DNA from: Klebsormidium nitens
Taxonomy: Eukaryota > Plantae > Klebsormidiophyceae
Assembly (NCBI GenBank): GCA_000708835.1
Contig: DF236966.1
Location: forward strand, 186,001 to 250,000
DNA: 64,000 bases
Reading direction: 5' to 3'
Positions 50,201-61,515 of the stretch are shown here, piece after piece (the first letter of the stretch is position 1; each line of letters starts with the position of its first letter). The translations under genes were made by a program, and so were the position numbers. Below the pieces are notes generated by a model. That model saw only the letters and a program-made list of their open reading frames with translations. It searched no databases and had not been told where the DNA came from.

Positions 50201-51226
50201 AATTATGGAGCAGGAGAGCAAGGTGCAAGCGGCCGTTATGGGACAGCTGGTAGGAACCGTTATGGGAACCTGTATTGATGCGCTTTCATTTTATTTATCA
50301 TCTCGTTAGTCGCTTCAATTTCACTTTTAGAATCGGCAGACTTTCGAAAACCCTCGAAACCTGCTCGCGAAGAGTGTCGTTGTTTTGTTTGGTACAAAAT
50401 TAGCCCGTGGATGTGAGACTAATCTTTCCATGGTCTCAGGGTGCGTCAAGAATTGTGACTAGCTTCTTTACCCCCGTTCTGATTCTGTCATGCTCTAGTT
50501 TTAAGCCTGCAGCATAAGGCCCGTATCGACTGAAGCGACTATAGATACCCTATTTGTTTCATTGTCAAGGTCGTTCGAACATGGTCGTCCTCGGTAGCCC
50601 TAATGGGGCGGCGGTTTCATTTTCCGCAGGAAGGAGGCGGGGCGGAAGGGGAGCAAGGGACCAAGGGTCCGGAAGTTCCCGCTGGCAAGGTGGAAAATTT
50701 GAAGCGGCAGCTCTTTCCTCACCTTTCTGAAAGTGAACTAAGTCACGCTTCTTCTCAGCTCATACCCGGATAGGAGGCGGATAGGAGGCGGAGAAAGAGA
50801 TTGGGCGTTGTGCCCTTTGTTTGGGGGACCCTTCTTACCCGTTCAAGCATGTGAAAACGAATGGGTCTTCGGAGCCTGCTGAAAGCATCGCTCTCACACA
50901 TTGTCTTGATGCTGAATAAATCTATGAAACGTGAAGGCGCGCTTAGGGATCAATGCTCTCAACGGGTCGAGATTTTCGAACTTTGATTGCATGACTTCGG
51001 TTTGCAGGGTCCTGAGGCAGAGGAGTCCGGCAAGGGAGCGACAAAAGGGGCCAGCGACGTGGAGCTCGAGGAGGCGGGACGCGAGTCCTCTGAGGGCGGC
51101 GCCACGCTGCCAAGGACGCGCAAAGTGCGCTTCAGCGAGCGAGTCGAAGAGGCGGTGGCAAACCTGAATCAGATCGAGGAGGAGGTCGAGATTGCCAAAG
51201 AGAAGCTGAGCACCGTCGTCGAGTAG
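44273..51226 (+). CDS. Uncharacterised protein, paralog B, with LEA3/perilipin-like T/A/E/K repeats and C-terminal RKVRF
   Basis: Exons 44273-44469, 45462-45554, 46134-~46295, 47038-47470, 47917-48090, 48861-48935, 49223-49315, 49613-49732, 50176-50222, 50630-50689, 51008-51226; phases are consistent. Repeats such as TVKEGAERVTETAKGTAAVAE and AYETAKGAAESVT. TATA-like CTATAAGG at ~44189. Confidence 0.78.
45936..46004 (+). repeat. Decayed duplicate of the acceptor and head of the paralog B exon at 46134
   Basis: GCAG|GAAGCGTTCGCAGGCGGCGAGGAAGCCGTCGTCGACGTTC (EAFAGGEEAVVDVQLNVKRAES*) versus the real GCAG|GCGACGTCCGCGGGCGGCGAGGAAGTGATCATCGACGTTC (ATSAGGEEVIIDVPVDKKTAE). Confidence 0.85.
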
Positions 51227-51689
51227 GCCTGAAGAGAGCCGTAGCAGATACGCGTCATGATGGAATAAAGCGAGGGAAGGGTTTACTCATAGCGAGTCAA
51301 AACAAGAACAACAGCCGTTTTCCCACCCTGTCGTAGACTGGTCATCTTCTGCGGGCGTCTCTTGCCGTACCCTTACTCAGATAGAAAGCGGACTATAGAC
51401 CGATTGCTAGATGAATTGAGTACTTCAAATGTACCGTCTGCCAATTTTGGTCTTGGAATCTTTTGTTCGGCGGAATCTCACACTTGCCGAGACTCCCTGC
51501 ATCAAGCTCATTGCAACATTTTCTTACGAATATGACGAGACATGATAAGCGCATCATATAAAAATCGCAACGAGACATTTGACGCACACCAAATGATGGT
51601 GCTCGCTGGGTAGGGCGCGGTATAAGGTCTGCCCTACCATGGGCCTTCAACACGTGTCTTCTTCGAGGAACAGAAGACACGTGAAAGCT

Positions 51690-54600
51690 TTAAGCCAATA
51701 CGAAGGCTTCATTTAGGTACGCTTCTACTCCTTCAGTAGAAGAACGCATCATGTGCGCTTTCTTCGAAAAGTTGACCAGATCTAGATAGTAGCTTTGCTG
51801 CCTTGCAGGCGGACAATTGCACCGACTGTTCGGCACAAACAACCTAAAGAATATTTGTAGCAGACGACAATGAATGTGAACCAAGTCTCGAGCTCTACAT
51901 GAGTCTTGCACTTCTGGCATCAGAACCTCGCGAGGCGCAGTAGCTTTCAAGTGAGTCGAACCTCTATGCTGACCCCTCTAACGGCCCCTTTTGCGCTTAG
52001 TTGTCGAATCAAAGACTTGAACCCTGCACCAAGAATAATGTTTCCCTGAGTCATCGCAAGCGAGTAGCCGCTGTCGACAATAGAAAAGGCAGCCCTTTAT
52101 ACTTCTAGGCCTGGAGCAGGACAAGCAGAAGCTAAATATTTCAAGCATTTACTACAATATAGCTACTGACCGTTGTTTCCAGGAAAGACGTTTGTGATGA
52201 TGGCCGCTCCGGTCTTGAGAATCCTGCCAAAAGGTGCTCTGGTGACGCAGAAAGATAGAGGAATCAGTGAAGTGCGTGTAAAAGATTTCTGCCATCGATG
52301 AGGTTTTATCAGAAGAGGCACTGCGCAAGCGTACCATTAAAAATGGTTGACATCAAGAACGTCCAATAAAGTCGTCCTTACCTTTGAAACTCGTCCCACG
52401 ATGGCCAGTTCTCCAAGAGAAAGGCGCCTGCAGTCGTGCCAGAGTCTGTTACTCTGCACTTTGAAGATAGGAGCTCAACCTGCTAATTAATTTTCTGGAT
52501 CATCAACCATGGAGTTTCAGAACAACCGAAAATCCTTTTTCGTTCGGGTGTTTGTAAGGAACCCAAGCCGCATCAGCCGGAAAGCACCCAAAAAGACTCT
52601 ACAAGCTTTCGGGAATGGTGGAGACCAATACTTCGTCAGTCCCTCAGAATGGGTGAGACTTTCTCACCTCTGGTCTCGGCTGCCTTCAGCTTCTGTCCAT
52701 CGAAACAACCCGTGAAGATTCTTTCACAAGAGGGAGATCTCCACTCCAAGACTGGTTGAGACCATTGCAGATCGACAGTTCTGTAGTCGTCTTCGAAGAG
52801 GTACAGGTCCGTATGGCGCAGTTCAAGAGCTTGCGTTGTTCCTGCATTATGTGTAAGTTTTCATCGTCTTTGCTCAGACGATACAACACACGGCTCGCCT
52901 TTGCCTATGCATTGCAATCCTTGAGTAGCAATACCCCAAAACAGCAGGATACGAACGCTCTGAATCTGAACCGGTCGGGTGAGAGAATCTTACCCTCGCA
53001 AGAGGTCGATTCACACTGGTCACACTTCCTGTAAGAGAAGTAGAGACGTGTCCATCTTCTTTATTGGACGGCGGTGCAGCTTAGCTGCTCCGCTGTGACC
53101 TGAGCTTTCCAGCTTGAGTCAAGATATTGCAACATGAGGTGGCTCGAGCACAATCGTTATCAGATCTGCACGTGCAGCCAAGAGTTTAGTGCATATCCTT
53201 CAAGCACCAGGCGAATGTGTCATACCTCAGGTGAAGCTCTGCAAGCCACCAGCCTGACCGCACGCTCAGAAACGTGTGATTTGGGAATTCTGCCGACAAC
53301 TTCCCTGTCCTCGGTGTCGCTTGATGTGTCTGTGGCAAGTCGACAGCGGTAATGCTGTCCGTGACATAAAGCTCCGAATCAGTGACTTCAAACATCCCGA
53401 GTCTAATCCAATCTGCATGAGAGCAACCGGAAAACATGAATGGAAGATCCACAGAGAAATGCCCTTTGACGAATGTGATTAAGAAGTCGGAGAAGGCATG
53501 CGGTTACGTACGTGTATCAGAACCGGTAAGGACGTGATGCTTTTCAATGCCAGCGGGTTCAAAGCAAGAAAAAGTTAGAGCTTTACCTATGCTGCTCGCA
53601 GTTGACAGTGTTTGTAAAGTCGACGTCATTGCAGAAGGCTTGTTCGAAAGGAGCTCTGCGAGGACGAAAAGATTGTAAGGAAAGGTTCCTACCTTGAGAA
53701 GAGGACTGCTAGAGCGCCGGCTGTGTCAGAATATCCCCTCGTCCAAAACTAAAAGCTCGATTGATGGTAGTTAGATTCATCGAGTTGACTAAGGTGTCCT
53801 GCGTGCTCGTCCACTCAGTTGTGCTCGCTGAACGTAATTGAGCTTACTTTGAAACAGAGAGTAGGCAGAGCGCCAACCGCCTTTCGGTTCTTTGAAGGCT
53901 TCTCCCGAGCCGACGTGCTCGGGAAGGCACACCTTCCGTCGGAGGCACAGGTTCTGTCAAAAGTAATGCAAGCGACACAATCAGGCGCAGATGATTCCAA
54001 GCTCACAATTTACCAATCCAATCGGATGAAGACATGTGGGAGGAGAAATTGTTCTTAAACCTAGGAGCAGGACGGATGCCGTGCAACGCGGCTCTCTTTC
54101 TTGTGTACGGCAGCTTGCTAAAAGCGTTTATAATCACGAGAACGGCGAATCCAATAACGACTGTGCTTTACCTTCCATATCCAAGTTTCCGAGGTCAGCT
54201 CTTTGAAGTTCTTCGAAACGAGGGACAAGAGAGCGACCTGCTTGCCACTGCATCGCGATAATATTGCCCTCCAGGCATCTTCAGGCAGCTCGCCTCTACG
54301 CAACACGAACAGAAAGACTTGCATGAGTAGCAAGACGAATCGGTCTTCAAACTCGTTCAAAGTTGTCGGATATTTCCAAAGTATGTTTAACTGGTGAAAC
54401 TGTTGAAGTAAGGTCATAAGCTTTGTCTTTCTGACGCACGTCTGCGCCCTCGCCTGAATTGCAGTCTGCCTTTGAACGTAACTCAAGCGTTCAATCAGTT
54501 CAATCCGAAATCGGCGAACAGGCTATCGTTTGTGAATTTTCTAATTCGATAGGATCGGCGGCAGAGCTTCTTTCCTAGTCACTGTCACAGGGGCTGCTCT

Positions 54601-54704
54601 TGAAATGGAAGTTGAAAGAAGAACAAATCTTACCTCTGGGTATGGCGATCGGAGTGCAGCTTTCTTCTCTTTGGCGCAGAACAAGGTGACAGACATCCGT
54701 ACAT
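51690..54704 (-). CDS. F-box protein with NLS and an unidentified beta-rich C-terminal domain
   Basis: MYGCLSPCSAPKRRK (54704-54634) splices to GELPEDAWRAILSRCSGKQVALLSLVSKNFKELTSETWIWK (F-box, ~54294-54170), then NLC...GGWRSAY (~53953-53848), LGMFEVTDSELYVTD...SVRSGWWLAEL (~53463-53229) and ELRHTD...FTGCFD (~52851-52670). The 3' exons and stop codon are uncertain. Confidence 0.65.
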
Positions 54705-55810
54705 ACTCGTCCCTTTACCTTGTAAAATTTTATTATCTGGCACGAGCTCGAGTCGCTGATCACGCGCGCGATCACTCAAAACGTTCTCTCGGTGTCCCTT
54801 GTGCAAGTGCTTGCATAGGTCCAGGTCCAGCCTTGCAACGGCGAACACGCTTTCAGACGGACGCTCGATTTCCGAGTCCGTCGCACACCAGCTCCTACTT
54901 CAGGGATTATTGCTGTCCCTTCTGCCGATTTGAAGACACGCAAAGAGGGGAAGCCCGATAGGCGTTAACATGAGTTCCTCGGAAAATGGTTGTTGCTGAG
55001 TAGTCGATGTGTTGTTTGGTCATAGTTCCAATTCAGCAGGGCTGAAGCAGTTGCCGTCAATCCTGCGTCAATCCCTCAGAACAGGCAGCATATTCACAAA
55101 GTCGTTGCATTGCAGAAGGAATTTTCTCTAGGAAGAAGTTCTCCCTTTATCAAGTTTGCAGGAGGACTGTTTGCAAAAGTTGATTGGTCAGGATGATGAT
55201 TGTAGACTGTCCAACATCTTATGCGGGCGCGCCGCGACCGCGACCTTTTCCATGGTCCTCATTATCTGCAAAGCCTCCAGGTGGCGGCCGCGGCTAGTGG
55301 CGGCGCGCCCGCCTAGACGCGCCCTTGCGTGCGCACTGGTGTGGGTAGGAAAGTTTTGTCGCCGAACGGCGCGGCCGCCGCGCGAGCTGCGTCGGACTCG
55401 ACCGTCCTCGGATAGGAGGTGCTGCGCAAAAGCTGACATCAGCGGCGCAGCTCGAACCGAACCGCGGGGCGTCGTGCGCGTGCATGCATGCAAAGCATGA
55501 TGAACTATTTATGCACCATTCTGCGTAACTCTACTACATAGCACTGGCAGATGCCGGTCAAAATCCTCGACTCTAGTGTACAAATCCCGACTTCCTGCTT
55601 GGAGCGGATGCATCAGCATAGCAGTATTCGCTGATCCGTTTTCTGAGAAGTGCGCAAGATAGAGCAGGCTTCCATCACATCGTTTCGTGAGCGAAACGCA
55701 ACAGGCTCTATCGTTGGAGACCTCGTAGGAATTGCGGCGCCTTCTCCAAGCTTTTCGTTTCTCTGATTCGTTCCACATTTGGAAATCTCACCGCTGGGGC
55801 AGGGGAAAAG

Positions 55811-58800
55811 ATGGCAGAAGACAAGCCTTTGGTGACGGTGTTCGGGGCGACAGGTTCTCAGGTGAGGACAATACGAAGGCGGCACCTCAGCTTGGTGTTT
55901 TATGAAGAATGAAGCCTTTGAGGGTTGATTGCCTGTAGCTGTAGCAGGTATTTTCATAGTTTCAAGATACCTCCAACCTTGATTTCACATGCAAGGACTG
56001 CCCAACTTGCTTAGCAAGAATACATCTGGATTCTAAAGGGCGCAGCTGCTCTATCCATGACAGTACTTTGAGTCTTTTCCTAAGCATCCGCCAGAGATTA
56101 GTCGTGATAGCTAAGTAAGACAATGAGTGATGTTTGATTGCTGTATATCCTTCTTTAGAGGCACTTGAGCTTACTTTCAAGGTATGAACATCAGGCAGAA
56201 TCAGAACCAGCTTCAGCGCGCGGGGCTGCAGCGAAGCTGTTGACGTACAGCAAAGAGTTGCTCGATCCTTATTCATCAAGAGATCAGTCAACAATTTTCT
56301 CAGGCAGTATTTTAGTCAATTCTTTCTCTATCAATCTGTACGAAATTCATGCTGCAGGGCACGAGTGTCGTTAAGGCCCTGATGAAGAGTGGCAAGTATC
56401 GTGTGCGGGGCGTTTCAAGGCAGGACCCCAACTCTGAGAAGCTGAAGCCCCTGCGGGAGCTTGGAGCAGAGCCCTTCCAAGCCGACCAGAAGCACAAGGA
56501 CCAGGTCGTAGCAGCATGCAAGGGGGCATACGCTGTCTACAGTGTGAGTATAAGAACGGCTTCGTTTCTTGTCCTTATCAAACGGCGCTTTGTCTTCCAA
56601 AGCCCAATGAAGATTGCTGAGATCGTGTCTTTGTAATATTAAATTGGCAGCTTCAAACCTGTCTGGACAGGTTCAAAATGCAAGAAACGATGCCGGATCA
56701 TATTCGGAGAACCGAATAGCCTCTTTGCGGATCGCAGTGTTCTGCAAAGTGAGTTAATCTGGTTTCGGAAAGGTAGCAGCTAAATTGCCTCGAAGCCGCA
56801 ATAATTGCAACCGCCGCGCCCCACGGCAGTCTTTCAAACGAAGAACCTTGTACCGGAGGCGATGGACGGTGTCCCTGAACCTACGATCCTCTGAATGAGA
56901 GATCAGTAGTCTTCAGTGAGAACCTTGACCGAAAGCGGGACCCTCTTGCGGTTTCTTAACGTATAGCAGCTCGGAGAGACCTTTCAACGCCTGGACATCT
57001 TCATCTTCGGTCTGCAGGTGACGGACTTTTACGCCATCGGACCTCACGAGCTGGAGTACGGTACCACAGTTGCTGAGGGTGCGAAGGAGGCGGGCGTGAC
57101 GCACTTCGTCTGGAGCACCCTGGCAAACGTGGAAGAGCAGAGCGGTGGCAAGTACGAGGTGCCCCACTTCACGGACAAGGCCACGGTCAGCTATCCGTAT
57201 CCAGAACACCCTCTTGTCATGACTTAAATCTTCGTTCTCTTCGCTTCAGACATGTGCCTGTTCAGGTACTGAATCGCGGATCCTTCCCCTCTTCGTTCTT
57301 TTTCCGCTGATTTCAGATATGTTGGGCAGTCGCTTCCGTTCCGTCCGTCGAAGTGCAAATGCACCTGCTGTACCAATGTTTCGAGACGTCAGATTCCTGC
57401 GCGGCCGGCCTTGGAGATAGGGGTCAGGTCGAAGTGCAGCTGCCGTTTCGGTCCATTTCTGATCAATTCATCATCACAAATCTTTACGAGCTTTCTCGGA
57501 TGTAGCAACTGCTGGAGTGTGAAGGAAAACGCAACGCAGGCTTACGCAGTCAAACGGATGATCGCCCCACCCTGCGCAGGTGGACCCGGTGGTCCGCAAG
57601 CAGCAGTTCAAGTACCACACGTTCGTGATTCCTGCGTGGTACTACCAGAACTGGAGCATGTTCCCGGGCCTCGTCAAGACCCGGCCGGACGGAACGGTCG
57701 CCTTCACGGTGCCGCTGGACGAGAACACGCGGCACACCGGGTACGACGTTGACGACACGGGGCCCGCGGTGCTGAACATTCTGGAGCATCCCGAGGAGTG
57801 GCACGACAAGTAAGACAAATTCTTCTTTTTTGAAAGCGCTCCTAAAACAGTGGCCTGAAAAAAGTTGTGGAACCCTAGTGCCTAAACTCATCCGGCTCGT
57901 AAGCAGAAATTGCGTAATGGTCTGTTGATCAGCGGCGTGTGACAAAGGTCTCGGATTGAAACGGTCAAACTTTTCGTCGTCTAGGCTCCTCCATTAAGAA
58001 GCTTCTACATCTTACTGTCGAGTCGTTTGCAACGTCAGAAGGATTACGTTCGAAGGCAAAGAGCGGCTTCCAATTTTGGGACTTGCCTTGTGTGAACGTC
58101 GAATTGCAAAGAGCAGCGAGACTGCTTATGAGGATGCTCTTCGGCTGTTCCTATTGCTCCCTTTGCAGACTCTGCAAGTGCATGGGTGGATGGCGCAGGT
58201 GTTTCGCGTATCACAGGACTGAAAGTAGCCCCCCTTCAAAAAGACTGAGATTCGTCCTTTGCAATTGTAGAGTGATCTAGACGCTTCGACTGGAACTGAG
58301 CATCTTGACTTGATATTTCGCACTCTATTTGCTGCAGGCACGTCCCTCTGGCTGGCTACCACGCGCCCATTAAGAAATGGATCGAGGACTTCACCAAGGT
58401 GACCGGCAAAAAGGCGGTGCTCGAGCGCGTTCCAGACGACAAAGCACCGAATGAGGAGTGGGCGCAGGTAATCAGCCCGCTCCGAGAGTTGTTCCTTCTC
58501 ACCGATTTGAAAGTCGCCTCACTTGAGCTCGTCAAAATGGTTCCGGTTCTGGGGCCGCGAACTTCGAGCACTGTTGGGCAGGCCACCTTTACGTGTGCGT
58601 ATTGTAGCGTTCTCGAGAATCCGAACGGGGATCAATCTTTGACGAACTTCGATTTCAGCAATATTAGATGTGGTTGTGGATTTGGGCAATCGTGGGTAGT
58701 AGACGGGCTGCCAAGTCCTGGTCAAGAAGAGTGCGGAGCACAAGTTGCTAGAGATTCTGTTCCAAGTTCGACCTTTTGCAATGGACTGACGCCAGAGATT

Positions 58801-58956
58801 CTTGTTCAGATGTTCGCGTGGTTCAGGGAGTTCTCATACTACGGCGACTTCGACATCACCGTTGGCCGCCGGGCCTATCCCGGAATGAAGGACTGGCCGG
58901 AGTGGTTGCGTGAGAGCGGGTGGAAGGGAGAGACCCCAAAGTCGAGCGAGGAATGA
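55811..58956 (+). CDS. NmrA-like (HSCARG-type) atypical SDR / NAD(P)H redox sensor
   Basis: Exons 55811-55861, ~56358-56544, 57018-57185, 57580-57809, ~58339-58467, ~58810-58956. VTVFGATGSQGTSVVKAL, GAYAVYSVTDFY, GVTHFVWSTL, VPHFTDKA, DVDDTGPAV, MFAWFREFSYYG. Confidence 0.92.
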
Positions 58957-60156
58957 ATGTAACGATCAAATGAGGATTGTAATTTGCCGAATGCTCGAGT
59001 GCCCGATTAGCGTCAGTACTAGTACATATCGTAGTCAGTTGACTGTTTCAAAGGGCTCCTAACAAAAGTGGTCTGGTTCAGGTTGAATCTAACTTAGATT
59101 CAGGGCCGCCTGAAGTCACGAATAGATAGTGTATGTTGTACCTGGGTGGAGTGTAATCTGCAAGTTCACCTGCATCGGAGTATCGATTTAAGACTTTTAA
59201 GGTGTACAATAGAGACTTCCTGGCTTTGAGAAAATGGATTTTGCAGGAGCACCAAGAAGTCTCGAAACAACAGTTGGCCAGCAAAGGCCGCCTCTTAGTG
59301 GCGATGCATGATGTCGAACCATAAGCCTGTGGGTGAAGTCGCAGTATGTTGCATATTGGAATCATGGGTCGCACGCCTTGAGTTCCTAGCTTCCATTATC
59401 GAAGTAGCTATGCATAGCCACACGGATCAGCCTCAGAAGGTCTAAGCGGAAGAAAATGGAGCTAGACAGCTACAAGTGATAACAAAGAGTTGATGGCGAG
59501 TTGTTGGCCGAACTGAGGGTCCATATACCCAGAAGCCCACATGAGCCATGACCGATCATTAATTGCTTGGAGCGGACTGATGGATGACCCCTTCATGAGT
59601 CACGTGTGAACTTGCGACCTATAGGCTATGGAGTGTCATCACTATCCTAGAGAATCTTTGCCGCCTGGGCCCTGGAGTCTGGCTGATGGAGCCTGGTCTA
59701 GCCAACAATCTAGGATACTATTTAGAGAACAGGGTTCTAATCAAACCCAGGGCTATGCATATCACTTCATGTTACTACTGACTTTTTCGGGTTACAAAAA
59801 CAAGTCAGAACCCATCCGTATACTTTTAGTTTAGTACGGGGGCTCCGGCTGCTTTATTGAAACCTCTATTGAGCGGGGCCTTATACAGGAACTGAAGGCG
59901 ACGGTCAGGATAGATACCCGACAACAGTAGGATTTAACCAGCTTGCTTTAACCTGATTTTGGCGCCCTTGAGGCTTGGGCGTTTGGTCAACGCCGCTCTT
60001 TTCGGTATGGATCTACGAGCGTAAATCACGGAGTCCGTGGTTTGGCAACGGAAAAAACGGGATTCTGTTCCCGCGCGCAGTGAACTGCGGCAGTCGAGAC
60101 AGCCGCCATGATACCAGCTGAGGCTATTCATAGCAGGCTGTAACAGTCGAACTACC

Positions 60157-60188
60157 TAGTAGGTAGGTAGGTAGGTAGGTACATAGGT
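60157..60188. repeat. (TAGG)n microsatellite
   Basis: AGTAGGTAGGTAGGTAGGTAGGTACATAGGTA. Confidence 0.85.
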
Positions 60189-61515
60189 AAGCACAATCGG
60201 CCAATATGTACCTACATGAGCATTGAGTAGGTACTAGCCCACTCGTGGAGTCTCCCGGGCCCCTGCCGTACAATCCTGCACCACAGGACGGTACGCACCA
60301 AGGTGCATGCGTTGTGCACGGTCAGAAGTTCAAACCAGGCCGGCTGACCCTGGCAGCTGCTTCTGTGAAGCAAAACTTGAGCGGTCGATAGTTGCATCGT
60401 AGAAAATCGGACCGCTCTTGTGCGGTAGCTGGCTTGCTGAGGTTTTGCTCAGTTTCGAGGAGCCCAGTACGTACCAGGACCGTACGGACAGACGCAGCCC
60501 CGAGCCGAGGCCATCGCCCCCGGCGAGTCCTGTGGGTGCGCTTTCCTCTCCAAGGAACTTGCGGCAAGTGCACTGGGCGAGAATTGAGGCATGCATTCGC
60601 GCCAGTGTGGCGTTCACTCAGTTCAACGGTTTGGGGTTCAGTGGGGATTGGCCATGTGGGACTCCGGAGAGGGCAGAGGGAAAGGGCGTTCAAGGTTTAC
60701 CAATAGATTTGGTACCTAGTGAATGCTATCCGAGCAAGGAAATGGGGAGGGCGGCCAGGTCAGGAGGCGAGGCCCTGTGCAGGTGTTAGCCAGGTGCATG
60801 CCTGGTGGTGCGTTTAGCAGCATTGCGTTGCTTTGTATGATGTCGTGAAAGCAGACAGCCGTGTAGGTAATGTCGTTTCCAAGAAGTTTGCCCAGCATAG
60901 TGCACAAGGGTGAACAAGGGTTTGTGTCTGCTGAACAAGGATTCCCGTCAGCGTTTATGCATAGCAATTAACCGCGAAAGGCCTGTTGAACTTGTAAGCA
61001 GGATAAGGCTGCATTGGGCAGTTGTGGAAGAAGGGCGTCATGTTCAAGAACTTTTGTAGACGACAAACGCCTCTGTACAAAGTTTAGGAGCAGCAACTGT
61101 GGACAAGGTGAAAGATAGGCCGTGGTCCATTGAGCAGCGGGACTGCGTCTGCAGAGATTGCTCTCTCTGATAAAGAGGTGGAAGCCGCTGGCATGCAGGC
61201 GGTCAGCAAAGATTGCTTTTGCTGAGAATCCTACTTTGGGTTGAACAAGCTCCTCGAAAAACGGCAGAGTTTGTTCAGGAAGAAGGGTCTGTTTGGGCGC
61301 TGCGTTCACATGTCACGCCTGCCTCTTCTAATCGGGAATGTCGTGGATTCTAAGAAGGGTGGTTGACAGCAAGGAGTAAACGCCACAACCTGCAGCAGCT
61401 ATCATCACAGCGGTATTCATTGTACTTTCTTGCAAGCCGATAATAAAAAATAAACCGACAAGATTGTGACAAAGTGGTGGGAAAGTAGGCGTCATGTGGT
61501 AAAAGAGGGGGCCAC

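Noticed and set aside
55156-55500. GC-rich overlapping ORFs between the F-box and NmrA genes
   Set aside because: Open in several frames because of GC content; more likely promoter or 5' UTR.
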